The notes: generated by a model not told the origin, from the sequence alone. 52,819 nt of DNA from Alphaproteobacteria bacterium (GCA_046269335.1 JBKACM010000001.1:1-52819); one strand, 5' to 3'. Shown: positions 32,706-44,752, counted from the stretch's first letter. Program-made: numbers and translations.

Positions 32706-34994
32706 CTAGAACCTCGTTCCAAAATTAAACCGGAAAATCTCGGTCTTGTCGAAGGAGCGCTTCATCAACGGCAAAGCCAGATCGATGTTGATCGGACCCA
32801 TGGGGGACTTCCAGGTCACGCCCGTGCCAGCTGAGGCACGTATCTGATGCGAGATATCCACCTTGGCCGCATCGACACTGTCCGGATCGCCGATACTGCC
32901 GAAATCCGTGAACACCTTGCCTGTCAGACCAATTTCCTTCGGCAGGCCCAATGGAAAATTAAGCTCGGTGGTGCCGTTGGCAATCCAGTTACCGCCCAGG
33001 GCATCGAGCGTAAGCTTGTCCCTGGGACTGACCCCGCCAACCGCGAAACCACGAAGGTTATCCCCACCCAGGAAGTATCGCTGGGAAATCCGCACGTCCT
33101 TGCTGAACCCGAATATGTAGCCAGTTTCAGCCGCGACCCTTCCAATCCACTGGTCCCCGAAAGGGAAGTAGCGGGCGGCACTCAGGTTGCTGCGAAGGAA
33201 CCGTTCCGTACCTCCGGCACCGGCAGCCTCGTTGCTCAACCGTATCACGTGCCCCTCGGACGGATTGATCCGGCTGTCACGCCTGTCATAAGTCAATGAC
33301 TGGCCAAACGAGGACTGAACCGTCACACCGGCCTGGTCCCGCACATACACGGACGCCCCGGACTGGATGTTCTTCACGTCATCGCTTTTCAAAAGGTAAC
33401 TGAATCCCTGACGCCACGAGTCGTTGTAGTTGAATTCGGTCCGCAGCTTACCGCCCACCGAGGTGACGGTATAGGAACTCTGACGAATCAGATCGGTCCG
33501 CACGGCGAACAGATCGGTCCCGGCCGCCAGCGGCCGATCCAGGAAATAGGGCTCGGTGAAGCTGAAATTCACCTGGCTCTGGCGTTGGCCGATGGTGGTG
33601 CTCAGATTGAGGTCCTGCCCGCGTCCCAGCAGATTGCGTTCCCGAAGGCCTATCTGGAACATGGCCCCGCTGGTGGTGGACCAGCCGACCCCGAAGGAAA
33701 GCTCGCCCGTGGACTTCTCCTGAACGCTCACCTTGATTATGGTGCGATCCGGTGCCGCGTCGGACGGAACATTGGTGATATCGACCTTCTCGAAGAAGTC
33801 CAGATCCTCGATCCGCTGACGGGACCGACGGAGTTTGGCGGTATTGAAGGCGTCCCCTTCCACCAGCTTGAATTCCCGTCTCACCACCTCGTCCAGAGTG
33901 CGGACGTTGCCGGTAATGTCGATGCGATCCACGTAAACGCGCGGGCCTTCCAGGATTTCATAGGCGATATCGATGACACGGCGCTCGCGATCCCTGGAAA
34001 CCTTCGGTCGCACGTCGACAAAGGCAAACCCCAGCGATCCCGCCTGGTCGGTCAGGTTCTGAACCGACTTCTCCACCTCGTTGGCGTTGTACCAGTCGCC
34101 CTTCTCGCCAACCACCTCCTGCGACAGATCCACCGCCTTCAGAGCCGGCAGCATCGCATCCACCTTCAGGTCGCCATAGCGGTAGCGATGCCCTTCCTCC
34201 AGACTGATGGTGATGAAGAAGGCCTCACGATCCGGGGTAAGCTCCGCCACCGCCGACACGACACGGAAATCGGCGTAGCCATGCTTCAGATAAAACCGGC
34301 GCAACAGTTCGCGGTCATAGGTGAGACGGTCAGGGTCGTAGGTGTCGCTGGAGGTAAGAAAGCGGTACCACCGCTCTTCCTTCGTGGCGATGGCCTCGCG
34401 CAGGTCCGAATCAGAATACTGACGGTTCCCCACGAAATTGATCCGACGGACATAGGTGGGAGGACCTTCGTTGATCTCGAACACCAGATCGACCCGGTTC
34501 TGGTCCCGCTTGATGACCTTGGGTTCCACGGTTGCGGCAAACCGACCGCTGCGGCGATACAACTCAATGATCCTCTGGACATCCCCCTGCACCTTGGTAC
34601 GGGTGTATACGACCCTGGGACGCAACTGAACCTCCTTGTTCAGCGTCTCTTCCTTGGTGTGACGATTCCCTTCGAAGGCGATACGATTGATGATCGGGTT
34701 CTCGACCACTTTCACCACCAGGCGGTTGCCCTCGCGGTGCAGGCTGACATCGGCGAACAGGCCGGTGGCGAACAGGCTCTTCAGGGAGCGGTCGATCCGC
34801 TCCGGATCAAAGCGATCCCCTTCCTGTATCAACATGTAGGAGCGAACCGTCTCGGGCTCGATCCGCTGTATCCCCTCCACCACGACGGCGGAAACGGTCT
34901 GGCCCTCCGGCTGGGCCCGAACAAGGGAAGCCCACGACAGCCCTACCAGCAGCAGCAGAAAGAACCAGAGCCGTGCGTGAATCGAGCCGACCAC
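32706..34994 (-). CDS. bamA: outer membrane protein assembly factor BamA
   Basis: 762 aa with a signal peptide, five POTRA-like repeats, a C-terminal 16-strand barrel and the terminal motif FRFNFGTRF. Confidence 0.96.
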   Translation of the reverse strand: MVGSIHARLWFFLLLLVGLSWASLVRAQPEGQTVSAVVVEGIQRIEPETVRSYMLIQEGDRFDPERIDRSLKSLFATGLFADVSLHREGNRLVVKVVENPIINRIAFEGNRHTKEETLNKEVQLRPRVVYTRTKVQGDVQRIIELYRRSGRFAATVEPKVIKRDQNRVDLVFEINEGPPTYVRRINFVGNRQYSDSDLREAIATKEERWYRFLTSSDTYDPDRLTYDRELLRRFYLKHGYADFRVVSAVAELTPDREAFFITISLEEGHRYRYGDLKVDAMLPALKAVDLSQEVVGEKGDWYNANEVEKSVQNLTDQAGSLGFAFVDVRPKVSRDRERRVIDIAYEILEGPRVYVDRIDITGNVRTLDEVVRREFKLVEGDAFNTAKLRRSRQRIEDLDFFEKVDITNVPSDAAPDRTIIKVSVQEKSTGELSFGVGWSTTSGAMFQIGLRERNLLGRGQDLNLSTTIGQRQSQVNFSFTEPYFLDRPLAAGTDLFAVRTDLIRQSSYTVTSVGGKLRTEFNYNDSWRQGFSYLLKSDDVKNIQSGASVYVRDQAGVTVQSSFGQSLTYDRRDSRINPSEGHVIRLSNEAAGAGGTERFLRSNLSAARYFPFGDQWIGRVAAETGYIFGFSKDVRISQRYFLGGDNLRGFAVGGVSPRDKLTLDALGGNWIANGTTELNFPLGLPKEIGLTGKVFTDFGSIGDPDSVDAAKVDISHQIRASAGTGVTWKSPMGPINIDLALPLMKRSFDKTEIFRFNFGTRF

Positions 34995-35019
34995 ATCTCC
35001 CCCCTAAGCCAAACAGACC

Positions 35020-36159
35020 CTACTGTATCAAACGCCCCACATAGTCAAAAACCTTGAGATGTACCAGATCGTTCCAGGTGGCAAAGAGCATCAAGCCCAA
35101 TACCAGAACCAATCCAATCCTCAAACCAAATTCTTGTGCCCGTTCGTTCAGGGGACGTCCCAGCACCGCTTCCGCCGCGTAGAATACAAGATGTCCCCCG
35201 TCCAGCAAAGGCACCGGGAAAAGATTGATCAATCCGAGGTTGACCGACAGAAAAGCGATGAAGGTTATGAAATTGGCAATGCCGCTCCGCGCCGCCTGAC
35301 CGGAAAACTGGGCGATCCGCAGCGGCCCGCCCAGATCCTCCGACCCCCGCGTCCCGGCGATCATCTGTCCCACCGATACCAGAGCCCCCTCCGCCACCTC
35401 ATAGGTCTGCGTCAAAGCCGCGGAAAGCGCCGCGACCGGACCATGGCGCACCATGACCTGGAGAGCACCGCTGACCCGGATACCAAGCAATGGCGTCCGC
35501 CGGACATTCCCGAAATTGTCGGTGATTTCCGACATCTTCGGTGCCACGGAAAGAGAAATCTGCCCGCCATCCCTCTCAATCAGCAAATTCATCGGACTGC
35601 CATCCGAAAGCATGACCCGATGCTGGATTTCGCTGAACTGGCCGATATGGGTGCCGTCGATACCGACAATCCGGTCCCCGGCCTTCAGCCCCCCCCTCTC
35701 TGCCGCACCACCCGCGACTACCTCTCCCACCACCGGCGGAGTGATCGGTTGCCCCACGGTGGCGAACATCAGCGTGAAAACGATGATGGCGAACAGAATA
35801 TTGGCAGCAGGCCCAGCCGCAACGATGGCCACCCGCTGCCATAGTTTTTTATAGTGAAAGGCGGTGGCCTTCTCCTCCGGCGTCATCTCGACGGAGGTAT
35901 CCACCGTGGCGCTGGCGGGATCGGCATCCCCAAACATCTTCACATAGCCGCCCAAAGGCATGAGTCCGACCTTCCAGCGGGTGCCGCTTCGGTCGGTCCA
36001 CCCGAAAATCTCCGGACCAAAACCGATGGAGAAGGTCTCGATCCGCACGCCGTTCCAACGAGCCACCTGGAAGTGGCCCATCTCATGGACGAACACCACG
36101 ACCGAAAGGATCACCAGGAACGGCAGAACGTAATCCCGCAAACCTACCAACAGTTCCAT
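35020..36159 (-). CDS. rseP: RIP zinc metalloprotease RseP (site-2 protease)
   Basis: 379 aa with the HExxH motif in TM1 (VHEMGHF), a PDZ domain and the LDG motif (NLFPVPLLDGGH). Confidence 0.94.
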   Translation of the reverse strand: MELLVGLRDYVLPFLVILSVVVFVHEMGHFQVARWNGVRIETFSIGFGPEIFGWTDRSGTRWKVGLMPLGGYVKMFGDADPASATVDTSVEMTPEEKATAFHYKKLWQRVAIVAAGPAANILFAIIVFTLMFATVGQPITPPVVGEVVAGGAAERGGLKAGDRIVGIDGTHIGQFSEIQHRVMLSDGSPMNLLIERDGGQISLSVAPKMSEITDNFGNVRRTPLLGIRVSGALQVMVRHGPVAALSAALTQTYEVAEGALVSVGQMIAGTRGSEDLGGPLRIAQFSGQAARSGIANFITFIAFLSVNLGLINLFPVPLLDGGHLVFYAAEAVLGRPLNERAQEFGLRIGLVLVLGLMLFATWNDLVHLKVFDYVGRLIQ

Positions 36160-36175
36160 GGCCTATCGATCCATC

Positions 36176-37381
36176 CTACTCCGGGCGGCACACCGTGCGA
36201 ACGATCTCGTCCGCCACGCGCCTTGCCCTCCCGTCCATCTCCAGCACGTCGTCAACACTCACGGGCACCACGGAGGGCACAGACTGAAGCGTCCGCTCCA
36301 CAACCTCCGCGATACTCAGGAACCCGATGACACCGGAAAGGAACCGCTGAACGGCAACCTCGTTGGCCGCGTTCAGGATTGTAGGAGCCGAGCCTCCGCT
36401 TTGCAAGGCTTGGCGCGCCAGGCGCAGGGATGGAAAGCGGACGGGGTCCGGAGAGCGGAATTCCAGGTTGCCCACTGCCGCCAGATCCAGTCTTGGCGAG
36501 GGGGTATGGATGCGCTCCGGCCAGCCCAGGGCATAGGCGATGGGAGTGCGCATGTCGGGAGAACCGAGTTGCGCCAGAACCGAGCCGTCGATGTAGGCCA
36601 CCAGGCTGTGGACGACCGACTGCGGGTGGACCAGGATATCGATGCGGGTCTCCGGCATGCGAAACAGATGGTGAGCCTCGATCAGCTCCAGCCCCTTGTT
36701 CATCATGGTCGCGGAGTCCACGGATATCTTGGCACCCATGCTCCAGTTGGGATGCGCCACCGCCTGCGCCGGCGTCACCCTGGACATGTACTCAAGATCG
36801 CGATCGCGGAAGGGTCCGCCGGACGCGGTCAGAATAAGCTTTTCGATACGCTCCGGAGCCGTGCCCTCGAACACCTGAAAGATGGCATTGTGCTCGGAAT
36901 CCACCGGCAGGAGCGTGGCACCGTGGTTGTGGACCTCGGCCATTACCAGATCGCCGGCGCAGACCATGGCCTCCTTGTTGGCCAGGGCAACCGTGGCACC
37001 ACGGCGAATGGCCGCCAGGGTGGGTTTGAGGCCGGCGGCCCCGACAATGGCCGCCATCACCCAGTCCGACGGATATTCGGCCGCCTCCACCACCGCTTCC
37101 GGCCCCGCACCCACGATGACCCCAGTGCCGGCCAGTGCCTCCCGCAACGCCGGCCCAGCGTTCGGATCGGCTACGGCCACGAAGCGGGGCCGCAGCAGGC
37201 GAGCCAGTTCCGCCAATCGTTCCACCCTGGAATGGGCCGCCAGAGCCTCGACCCGATACCGATCCGGATGGCGCAGAATCAGGTCCACCGTGCTCTCGCC
37301 GATGGACCCCGTCGCCCCCAGGATGGTAACGCTCCGACAGGAACTCTGGCCCTTGGCCATCCCGATCCCCGTGGTCGCCAT
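36176..37381 (-). CDS. dxr: 1-deoxy-D-xylulose 5-phosphate reductoisomerase
   Basis: It has the NADPH motif ILGATGSIG plus the LANKE and NAANE motifs. I favour the ATG at 37381 because GAGGGGG lies 5 nt upstream, immediately after the cdsA stop. The tracked GTG at 37402 would overlap cdsA. Confidence 0.93.
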   Translation of the reverse strand: MATTGIGMAKGQSSCRSVTILGATGSIGESTVDLILRHPDRYRVEALAAHSRVERLAELARLLRPRFVAVADPNAGPALREALAGTGVIVGAGPEAVVEAAEYPSDWVMAAIVGAAGLKPTLAAIRRGATVALANKEAMVCAGDLVMAEVHNHGATLLPVDSEHNAIFQVFEGTAPERIEKLILTASGGPFRDRDLEYMSRVTPAQAVAHPNWSMGAKISVDSATMMNKGLELIEAHHLFRMPETRIDILVHPQSVVHSLVAYIDGSVLAQLGSPDMRTPIAYALGWPERIHTPSPRLDLAAVGNLEFRSPDPVRFPSLRLARQALQSGGSAPTILNAANEVAVQRFLSGVIGFLSIAEVVERTLQSVPSVVPVSVDDVLEMDGRARRVADEIVRTVCRPE

Positions 37382-37392
37382 CACGACCCCCT

Positions 37393-38193
37393 CTACCGCC
37401 ACAACACAATTCCGCCACCTGCCACCCAGACCCCCAGGGCAACAGCCGGCACCGCCGTCAGCAATCCGTCGACCCGATCCAGAACTCCACCATGTCCCGG
37501 GAGAATGTTGCCTGAATCCTTTACGCCGAAATGACGTTTCATGCCGGATTCAAGCAGATCCCCGATTTCCGACACCACCGACACCCCACCGCTAGCCAGC
37601 AATAATACCGTCACAGACGGCATCCCCAGGACATTTGCCGCCCCGTAGCCGACCGCAACGGCTGCGAGAACGCCGCCGATTGCCCCGGACCAGGTCTTTT
37701 TCGGACTGATGGTCGGGGCCAGCAGCGGCCCTCCCACCAGCCGACCCGCGGCGTAAGCACCGATGTCCGTCGCCCACACCACCAGAAACGCCCAGGCGAC
37801 CGTTTCCAGTCCCGCCCCCGAACGCAGATCCACCAGACAGACCAGAGGAACCCCCAGGTAGACCACCCCCGCCGCCAGCCACCAGCGAACCGGCCTGGCC
37901 CTGTTGCGCTGCTCCCCTGCACCCCATATCGCCAGAAGGCCTCCCCCGATCACCAACATGCCCCAGGCCAGCAGTGGCCAGGGCGTGGCCAACATCCCGG
38001 TGCCGGCAAGAAGTGCCAGTGCCAGCCCTCCCCCCGCGAGGGTAAAGCGGCCACGACACATGACCTCCCACTCCCACGCCATTACCACGGCGAAGAGGGC
38101 GATCATGACGTCGAAATAGGGACGACCGTAGTAGGTCGCGGCCAGAACCGGCGGCAGCAGCACGAGCGCGGAAAGGACACGAAGAGCCAGCAA
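37393..38193 (-). CDS. cdsA: phosphatidate cytidylyltransferase
   Basis: A polytopic membrane protein with the C-terminal CDS signature (SEIGDLLESGMKRHFGVKDSGNILPGHGGVLDRVD). The tracked start at 38334 lies inside uppS. TTG 38193, just after the uppS stop, is my best guess for the start, at low confidence. Confidence 0.85.
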   Translation of the reverse strand: MLALRVLSALVLLPPVLAATYYGRPYFDVMIALFAVVMAWEWEVMCRGRFTLAGGGLALALLAGTGMLATPWPLLAWGMLVIGGGLLAIWGAGEQRNRARPVRWWLAAGVVYLGVPLVCLVDLRSGAGLETVAWAFLVVWATDIGAYAAGRLVGGPLLAPTISPKKTWSGAIGGVLAAVAVGYGAANVLGMPSVTVLLLASGGVSVVSEIGDLLESGMKRHFGVKDSGNILPGHGGVLDRVDGLLTAVPAVALGVWVAGGGIVLWR

Positions 38194-38204
38194 CCGTTTT
38201 CCGC

Positions 38205-38960
38205 CTATCCAGGAATCACGCCATACCGGCGTTCCCGCCGGTGATATTCGTCGATGGCCCGCTCCAGATCCTCGCGGGAAAAATCCGGCCACAGGGTCTC
38301 GGTGAAAAGCATTTCGGAGTAGGCGGACTGCCACAGAAGAAAATTGCTGATCCGCTTTTCTCCGCTGGTCCGGATCACCAGATCCGGATCGGGAATGTCG
38401 ACGGTAAACAGGCGTTTTGCAAACGCGGCCTCGTCGATCCCCTCCACGGCAAGTCGCCCGGCAAGTACCTCCGTCGCCAAGCGCCTGGCCGCCTCCACGA
38501 TTTCAAGACGCCCGCCATAGCTCAGAGCCACGGTAAGGGTAAGCGCGACATTGCCGGCAGTCAGTGTCTCCGCATCCTCGATCAAGGTGACGATGTCCGG
38601 CTCCAGCCGGGTCCGTTCACCGATGATGCGCAACCGCACCCCAGCCTTGTGAAGCTCCGCCACCTCGCTGCGCAGATACAGGCGCAGAAGGCCCATAAGG
38701 TCACTGACCTCCCCCGTCGGGCGACGCCAGTTCTCCGAGGAAAATCCGAACAGGGTAAGATAACGCACCCCAAGCCCCACGGCGGCCCGCACCGTCGACC
38801 GCACCGCTTCCGCCCCACGCCTGTGCCCCGCCACCCGCGGCAGGCCGCGTGCCTTCGCCCATCGGCCGTTGCCATCCATGATGATGGCCACATGGGCCGG
38901 CGGCGGAAAGGACCCGGGTTGCGGAACTGCCGGAAGGGATTGCGAGTCCATCCGCCTCAC
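38205..38960 (-). CDS. uppS: isoprenyl transferase (undecaprenyl-diphosphate synthase)
   Basis: 251 aa with the motifs [26 protein letters not shown] and [20 protein letters not shown]. Confidence 0.95.
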   Translation of the reverse strand: MRRMDSQSLPAVPQPGSFPPPAHVAIIMDGNGRWAKARGLPRVAGHRRGAEAVRSTVRAAVGLGVRYLTLFGFSSENWRRPTGEVSDLMGLLRLYLRSEVAELHKAGVRLRIIGERTRLEPDIVTLIEDAETLTAGNVALTLTVALSYGGRLEIVEAARRLATEVLAGRLAVEGIDEAAFAKRLFTVDIPDPDLVIRTSGEKRISNFLLWQSAYSEMLFTETLWPDFSREDLERAIDEYHRRERRYGVIPG

Positions 38961-39523
38961 ACCTGCATGATTTCTTTTTCTTTGTGCGAAAGCGCCTCGT
39001 CAATGCGTTTGATGTGGTCATCGGTCAGGGTCTGGACTTCGGCCGTATACTGACGGTGCTGATCCTGGGAAATCTGTCCATCCTTCTCCAGGCGTTTCAG
39101 AACTTCCATCCCATCCCGGCGCACGTTGCGCACCGACACCCTGGCCTGTTCCGAATATTTATGGGCGACCTTGGTGATTTCCGTGCGGCGCTCCTCGTTC
39201 AGGGCCGGGATCGGCACCCGCACCGTCTGTCCATCCGGTGACGGGTTGAGGCCCAACCCGGAGTCCCGGATCGCCTTCTCCACCGCCTTGACCATGCCCT
39301 TGTCCCACACCTGCACCGTGATCATCCGGGCTTCAGGCACCGAAACCGTTCCGACCTGATTGAGCGGCATGGCACTGCCGTAGGCCTCCACCATGACGGG
39401 ATCCAGGAGACTGGTCGACGCACGTCCGGTCCGTAATCCGGCGAACTCCTTTTTCAGAACCTCCACCGCCATATCCATACGGTGTGTCAGATCCTTGCGC
39501 AAATCCGCGTAAGCCCCAGGCAC
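38957..39523 (-). CDS. frr: ribosome recycling factor
   Basis: 188 aa of canonical RRF sequence ([13 protein letters not shown] ... IPALNEERR ... VRNVRRD). Confidence 0.96.
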   Translation of the reverse strand: MPGAYADLRKDLTHRMDMAVEVLKKEFAGLRTGRASTSLLDPVMVEAYGSAMPLNQVGTVSVPEARMITVQVWDKGMVKAVEKAIRDSGLGLNPSPDGQTVRVPIPALNEERRTEITKVAHKYSEQARVSVRNVRRDGMEVLKRLEKDGQISQDQHRQYTAEVQTLTDDHIKRIDEALSHKEKEIMQV

Positions 39524-39526
39524 GGT

Positions 39527-40252
39527 TCACCCCTCCCCACTGATGATCGTGTAGCGCCCCCGACCCGCCACCACTTCGGCCAGAGCGCCGACGGCCCCCA
39601 GCGCGAACACCAGGACCGGCAACGAACCGTCCCGCGCCAAGGCCACGGCAGCGGCGTCCATAACCTGGAGATTGTTGGCCAGGACGTCGGCATAATTCAA
39701 CCGTTCATAACGTGTCGCCGTCTTGTCCTTCTTCGGATCGGCGGAATAGACACCATCCACCTGGGTCGCCTTCAGCAGGACATCACAGTTCATCTCCGCC
39801 GCCCGCAGTGCGGCCGCGGTGTCGGTGGTGAAGTAGGGATTGCCCGTTCCAGCCCCAAACACCACCACGCGCCCCTTCTCCAGATGGTGAAGAGCACGGC
39901 CCCGGCTGTAGGGCTCGCACACCGGCGACATCGGAATGGCGGACATCACCCGGGCCGGACAACCGATCCGCTCCAGATCGCCCTGAACCGCGATGGCGTT
40001 CATGACGGTGGCCAGCATGCCCATGTAGTCGGCACTGGCCCGGTCCATACCGGCGGCGGCCCCGCTGAGGCCACGGAAGATGTTGCCACCACCCACCACG
40101 ACGGCAATCTGCACCCCGGCGTCGCGCACGGACTTGATCTCGGAGGCCAGACGCCGAACCGTCTCTCCGTCCAGGCCGAAGGGCCTCGCCCCCATGAGGC
40201 CCTCGCCCGACAGTTTCAGCAGCACGCGGCGGTATTTGATATCGGAAGCCAT
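39527..40252 (-). CDS. pyrH: UMP kinase
   Basis: 241 aa with the motifs [41 protein letters not shown] and DGVYSADP. Confidence 0.96.
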   Translation of the reverse strand: MASDIKYRRVLLKLSGEGLMGARPFGLDGETVRRLASEIKSVRDAGVQIAVVVGGGNIFRGLSGAAAGMDRASADYMGMLATVMNAIAVQGDLERIGCPARVMSAIPMSPVCEPYSRGRALHHLEKGRVVVFGAGTGNPYFTTDTAAALRAAEMNCDVLLKATQVDGVYSADPKKDKTATRYERLNYADVLANNLQVMDAAAVALARDGSLPVLVFALGAVGALAEVVAGRGRYTIISGEG

Positions 40253-40379
40253 GACGAGGGGAATCCCCAGCAGGTTGGCAAAGCATCAAGGACACGACAC
40301 AAGAGGAACGACGGCCGGCGGAAACGGGAGAGAAAACATGTGAAACACACCCTCCGCCGACGCCGTTCCTCCCGAAAGG

Positions 40380-41312
40380 TCATCCACCCCGAGTCGCGGC
40401 GACCTCCGCGGCAAAGTCCTTTTCTTCCTTGGCGATTCCATCACCCAGAACGAAACGTTCAAAGCCCGTGAACGTGATCTCCGTCCCCATCGCCTTGGCG
40501 GCATTGGCGATCACGTTGGCCACCCGGGTCTCGCCGTCGATGACGTATATCTGCTCCAGCAGCACCACTTCCTCGTAGTACTTGCGGAGCCTTCCTTCCA
40601 CCATCTTGCCGATAATAGCTTCCGGCTTGCCCGAAGCCCTGGCCTGCTCCACCAGAACCGCCCGCTCGCGTTCCAGGGCTGAGGTATCCACCGAAGCGAT
40701 ATCCAGGAACTGGGGGGCCGCCGCCGCCACGTGCATGGCGAGATGGCGCCCCAATTCCGCGAGCTGCCCGGCATCCCCGCTGGAGCGCAGGCCTATCAGC
40801 ACGCCGATCTTGCCCAACCCGGGTGCGATGGCGTTGTGAACATAGGTCGCCACCACACCCTGTTCCACCGAAAGCACGCGGCACCGACGCAACTGCATGT
40901 TCTCGCCGATGGTGCCGATCATGGCGGCAAGCTGTTCTTCCACCGACTTGCCGGCATCCGGATAGGCGGCTGCCTTCAGTGCCTCGAGGGTGCCTCCCGT
41001 CTTCAGAGACAACCCGGCCACCGTTCTCACGAACGCCTGGAAGGCATCGTTACGGGCCACGAAGTCGGTCTCGGCGTTGACCTCGGCCACCGCGCCGCGA
41101 TTGCCTTCGGAGGCGACACCAACCAGACCCTCGGAGGCAACCCGACCGGCCTTCTTGGCGGCGGAAGCCATGCCCTTCTTGCGGAGCCAATCGACGGCCG
41201 CCTCGATATTGCCGTCGTTCTCCATCAGCGCCTTCTTGCAATCCATCATGCCGGCGCCGGTCATCTCGCGCAGTTCCTTCACCAGCGCAGCGGTGATTTC
41301 GGCCATTGTCAA
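40380..41312 (-). CDS. tsf: translation elongation factor Ts
   Basis: 310 aa with the N-terminal UBA-like motif [24 protein letters not shown]. Confidence 0.96.
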   Translation of the reverse strand: MTMAEITAALVKELREMTGAGMMDCKKALMENDGNIEAAVDWLRKKGMASAAKKAGRVASEGLVGVASEGNRGAVAEVNAETDFVARNDAFQAFVRTVAGLSLKTGGTLEALKAAAYPDAGKSVEEQLAAMIGTIGENMQLRRCRVLSVEQGVVATYVHNAIAPGLGKIGVLIGLRSSGDAGQLAELGRHLAMHVAAAAPQFLDIASVDTSALERERAVLVEQARASGKPEAIIGKMVEGRLRKYYEEVVLLEQIYVIDGETRVANVIANAAKAMGTEITFTGFERFVLGDGIAKEEKDFAAEVAATRGG

Positions 41313-41441
41313 ACCTCTTCATTAGCGTCGGGGACTTCCCCGTCATCGCAAGGGGCACCGCAACGGCGACTGCCGCCGCCGCGATCCCATGACTTTTCCC
41401 CACTGTCCTGTCCGGACAGGGCTTGGCACAAGGCGGGAAGA

Positions 41442-42230
41442 CTACTCCGCCCCAGCCCCTTCTTCGGCCTCTGCCGGCGATTCGGAAGGCACGGCCACGA
41501 CCGGTTCCGTCGCGCCGCCCACGTCCACGCCAGCAGCGTTCATCTCGGCCTGGATGCCATCCAGAACCGCGCCACTGACCATCTCGCAGTACAGCTTGAT
41601 GGCCCGGATGGCATCATCGTTCCCGGGAATCGGATAGGTGATGCCAGTGGGATCGCAGTTGGAATCGACGACCGCCACCACCGGAATGTTCAGCTTGTTG
41701 GCCTCCTGCACGGCCAACCCTTCCTTCTGAACATCGATGATGAACAGGATGTCCGGCTGACCGCCCATCTCCTTGATCCCGCCCAGAGCCCGCTCCAGCT
41801 TGTCCCGCTCGCGGGTCAGGTTGAGAACTTCCTTCTTGGTCAGGCCGGCGATACCCTGGGTAAGCTGCGCCTCCATCTCGCGCAGACGCCGGATCGACTG
41901 GGAAATCGTCTTCCAGTTGGTCAGCATGCCGCCCAGCCAGCGATGATTGACGAAATACTGGCCGCAACGCCTTGCAGCCTCGGCCACCGGCTCCTGTGCC
42001 TGACGCTTTGTGCCAACGAACAGCACCCGCCCCCCGCCGGCGGTCACGGTCCGGATCGCCTGCATCGCCCGATACATAAGCGGAACCGTCTGTTGCAGGT
42101 CGATGATGTGGATATTGTCGCGGGCACCGTACAGATACGGTGCCATCTTCGGGTTCCAGCGACGGGTATTGTGACCGAAGTGGCATCCAGCCTCGACAAG
42201 CTGGCGCATGGAAAATACTGGCAGAGTCAT
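41442..42230 (-). CDS. rpsB: 30S ribosomal protein S2
   Basis: 262 aa of canonical S2 sequence ([19 protein letters not shown] ... FVGTKRQA ... GGMLTNW). Confidence 0.97.
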   Translation of the reverse strand: MTLPVFSMRQLVEAGCHFGHNTRRWNPKMAPYLYGARDNIHIIDLQQTVPLMYRAMQAIRTVTAGGGRVLFVGTKRQAQEPVAEAARRCGQYFVNHRWLGGMLTNWKTISQSIRRLREMEAQLTQGIAGLTKKEVLNLTRERDKLERALGGIKEMGGQPDILFIIDVQKEGLAVQEANKLNIPVVAVVDSNCDPTGITYPIPGNDDAIRAIKLYCEMVSGAVLDGIQAEMNAAGVDVGGATEPVVAVPSESPAEAEEGAGAE

Positions 42231-42426
42231 TGCCTGTGATCCTTGATTTTTCCGGTTGAACCTCCGCGGAACTTAGGCAGACACCTCCCCGTCACCTGTA
42301 CAGGACGGCACCTGCACCGGACCGGCCATCCCGGACCTTGGCCCAGGCGGACGCGCTTCCCGCGTGCGAGTAACGAGAGGTTCATAACGCCCGGCGAGAC
42401 CTTTGGCAAGGATTCTCGGCGGGACA

Positions 42427-42468
42427 ACGGGTCCACCCGACCACCCCACGGGTCCACCCGATCACCCC
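42427..42468. repeat. 21-bp direct tandem repeat, two copies
   Basis: ACGGGTCCACCCGACCACCCC (42427-42447) is followed immediately by ACGGGTCCACCCGATCACCCC (42448-42468), 20/21 identical. The pair lies in the spacer between the chemoreceptor stop and the rpsB start. Confidence 0.8.
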
Positions 42469-42483
42469 CAGGTGCCGCCGGCG

Positions 42484-44454
42484 TCAGGACTTGCGGATGT
42501 GGGCGATGAATTTGTCCACGTCCTCCCGCAGATTTTCGGCCTGGGTGGAGAGTTCCCGTGCCGCGTTCAGCACCGCGGATGAGGCCCGGCCGGTTTCGGC
42601 GGAAGCCTCGCTTACCCCCCCGATATTGCGCGACACCAGGGTGGTGCCGGAAGACGCCTCCGTGACATTGCGGGCGATCTCCCGGGTCGCGCCCCCCTGC
42701 TGCTCGACGGCGGAGGCGATGGCTCCGCCGATCTGGCTGATCTCATCGATGGTAGTGGTGATCGCCTGAATGGCAGCAACGGACTCCTCCGTGGCGGACT
42801 GCACGGACAGGATCTGGGTAGAAATCTCCTCGGTCGCCCTCGCCGTCTGACTGGCCAGATTCTTTACCTCGCTGGCGACCACGGCGAACCCCTTTCCGGC
42901 ATCCCCCGCCCGGGCCGCCTCGATGGTGGCGTTGAGGGCCAAAAGGTTGGTCTGGCTGGCAATGTCGTTGATCAACTTGACCACGTCACCGATCTTCTGC
43001 GCGGCGGAAGACAAGCCCTGAACCTGGGCGTTGACCTTGGTCGCCTGATCAACGGCCCCCCGGGAGACGTTAGCTGAATAGCTGACCTGCCGGCTGATTT
43101 CCTGAACCGAAGACGTCAGCTCCTCGACGGCCGCCGCCACCGATTGGACGTTGGCCGAGGCCTGCTCGGAGGCCCCCGCCACGGCCGCGCTCTGCTGTAC
43201 CGTCCGATCCGCCGTCGTCGTCAACGACTGCGCCGACCTCTGCAACTCGCTGGCAGAGGAAGAGACGATGTGGACGATCCCCTTGACACTGGCCTCGAAA
43301 CTGCCGGCAAGCTCGTGCAGCGCCGCCCGGCGCTCCTCCTCCGCCCGACGCTTCAGAGCCTCCTGCTCCTCCTGTAGGTGCGCGACTTTAACAGCGTTTT
43401 CCTTGAAAACCTGCACCGCTGCCGCCATTTCCCCTATCTCGTCACCCCTATCCCGCGCGGGAACCTCCGTCTCCAACCGCCCCCCGGCCAGGTGACGCAT
43501 CGCCGCATTCATAGCGAGAATCGGCTTCAACACGCCACCGGCGACGATCTTGGCGATCAATACGGCCAGAGCGATACTGACCCCCATCGCCCAGAGAATG
43601 GCCTTTTCGGTCGCGGCCTGCGTGGCCTCGTATTCCGACGTGCCCCGGGCGTAGTCCTCGGTAATTCCCTTGTCCAAGGCATCAAGCACCGGCTCCACCT
43701 CGGAATAGGATGCGGACAACTTCTTGACATCGACCGCAAGTGCCTGGGAAGCCTCCACCACACCCAGAAAATCACGCTGGTAGGCCGCCAACTTGTCCAG
43801 CACCTGCTTGCGCACATCGGGGGGAACGGTCGAACCCTCCAGGGTCTTGGCGAATTCGACCACGCGAGTCTTCATCTCGTCGGCGTACTTCACATCCTGA
43901 CGAGCCAGGAAATCCTTTTCATGGCGACGCATCATCAGAAGCAGAACGGTCAGGCGCGGCTCGTCGAAACGACCCAGGGCGGATTCGATCTCATGGACAG
44001 AAGCGCGGAGCGTTCCAAGGAGCCCGGATTTTTCGTCCAGTCCAAGCCTCGTCTTCGAGGCGACCACGGCATTGAACGTCTGTTCGTACACCTGGACCGT
44101 CGCCTTCACCTTCTTAGCTACCTCAATATCCTCCCCATGGGGCATCAGCGAAATCAGATTGGAGATGTATTCCAATGCTTTCTTTGTAGACTCAACCTGT
44201 TTCTTTATATTCTCTTCTTTATTCCTCATCAAAAAATCTTTTTCGTGACGGCGAGCCTGCAGCAGGGCCTTGGTAAGATCATTGACGATATCCCACTCCC
44301 GCGCGGCCATTTTCATCTCGAACTGACTAGCCGTGATGGCCACGTTTCCCCTGTGGTAGATGACGCTGATCGCGATCATCCCGATGATACCGATCGCGGC
44401 AATGAGCGCCATCTGATACTTGAGACTTATTTTGCTCAGGCCCAACATCACCAA
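42484..44454 (-). CDS. transmembrane methyl-accepting chemotaxis protein with helical bimodular-type sensor
   Basis: 656 aa with two TM segments flanking a ~270-aa helical periplasmic domain that carries a duplicated RRHEKDFL motif. It also has a HAMP domain and the MCP signalling hairpin ([37 protein letters not shown]). Confidence 0.9.
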   Translation of the reverse strand: MVMLGLSKISLKYQMALIAAIGIIGMIAISVIYHRGNVAITASQFEMKMAAREWDIVNDLTKALLQARRHEKDFLMRNKEENIKKQVESTKKALEYISNLISLMPHGEDIEVAKKVKATVQVYEQTFNAVVASKTRLGLDEKSGLLGTLRASVHEIESALGRFDEPRLTVLLLMMRRHEKDFLARQDVKYADEMKTRVVEFAKTLEGSTVPPDVRKQVLDKLAAYQRDFLGVVEASQALAVDVKKLSASYSEVEPVLDALDKGITEDYARGTSEYEATQAATEKAILWAMGVSIALAVLIAKIVAGGVLKPILAMNAAMRHLAGGRLETEVPARDRGDEIGEMAAAVQVFKENAVKVAHLQEEQEALKRRAEEERRAALHELAGSFEASVKGIVHIVSSSASELQRSAQSLTTTADRTVQQSAAVAGASEQASANVQSVAAAVEELTSSVQEISRQVSYSANVSRGAVDQATKVNAQVQGLSSAAQKIGDVVKLINDIASQTNLLALNATIEAARAGDAGKGFAVVASEVKNLASQTARATEEISTQILSVQSATEESVAAIQAITTTIDEISQIGGAIASAVEQQGGATREIARNVTEASSGTTLVSRNIGGVSEASAETGRASSAVLNAARELSTQAENLREDVDKFIAHIRKS

Positions 44455-44752
44455 AACCTCCCGCGTATTTTTTATTTATTCCAGTCACAAACAGGACAAG
44501 CAGCGCAACTTCATTGCGGAACGCGGCGACTATAACATAGGATCGCTCAATTCGACAAAATAAACGCACATTGCGGGTAGGGTCTTTTCTTTATTTCAAT
44601 GCATACTGAAGAAGCTCCTCATGCTGCCCGTGCAGGACAGATCATGGAGCGACCGCGAGCAAATCATCGGGCAAACAGACACGACGACGCCCGTGCGAGG
44701 CCGGAACCTCACGCGGGCGACGCGGTATATGATTTCTACTTCCCTGTTGTCG

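Noticed and set aside
44640-44752. Imperfect hairpin CGCCCGCGTGAGG...CCTCGCACGGGCG downstream of the fumarase gene as a terminator.
   Set aside because: It has two mismatches in the stem and no U-tract, which is not strong enough to call.
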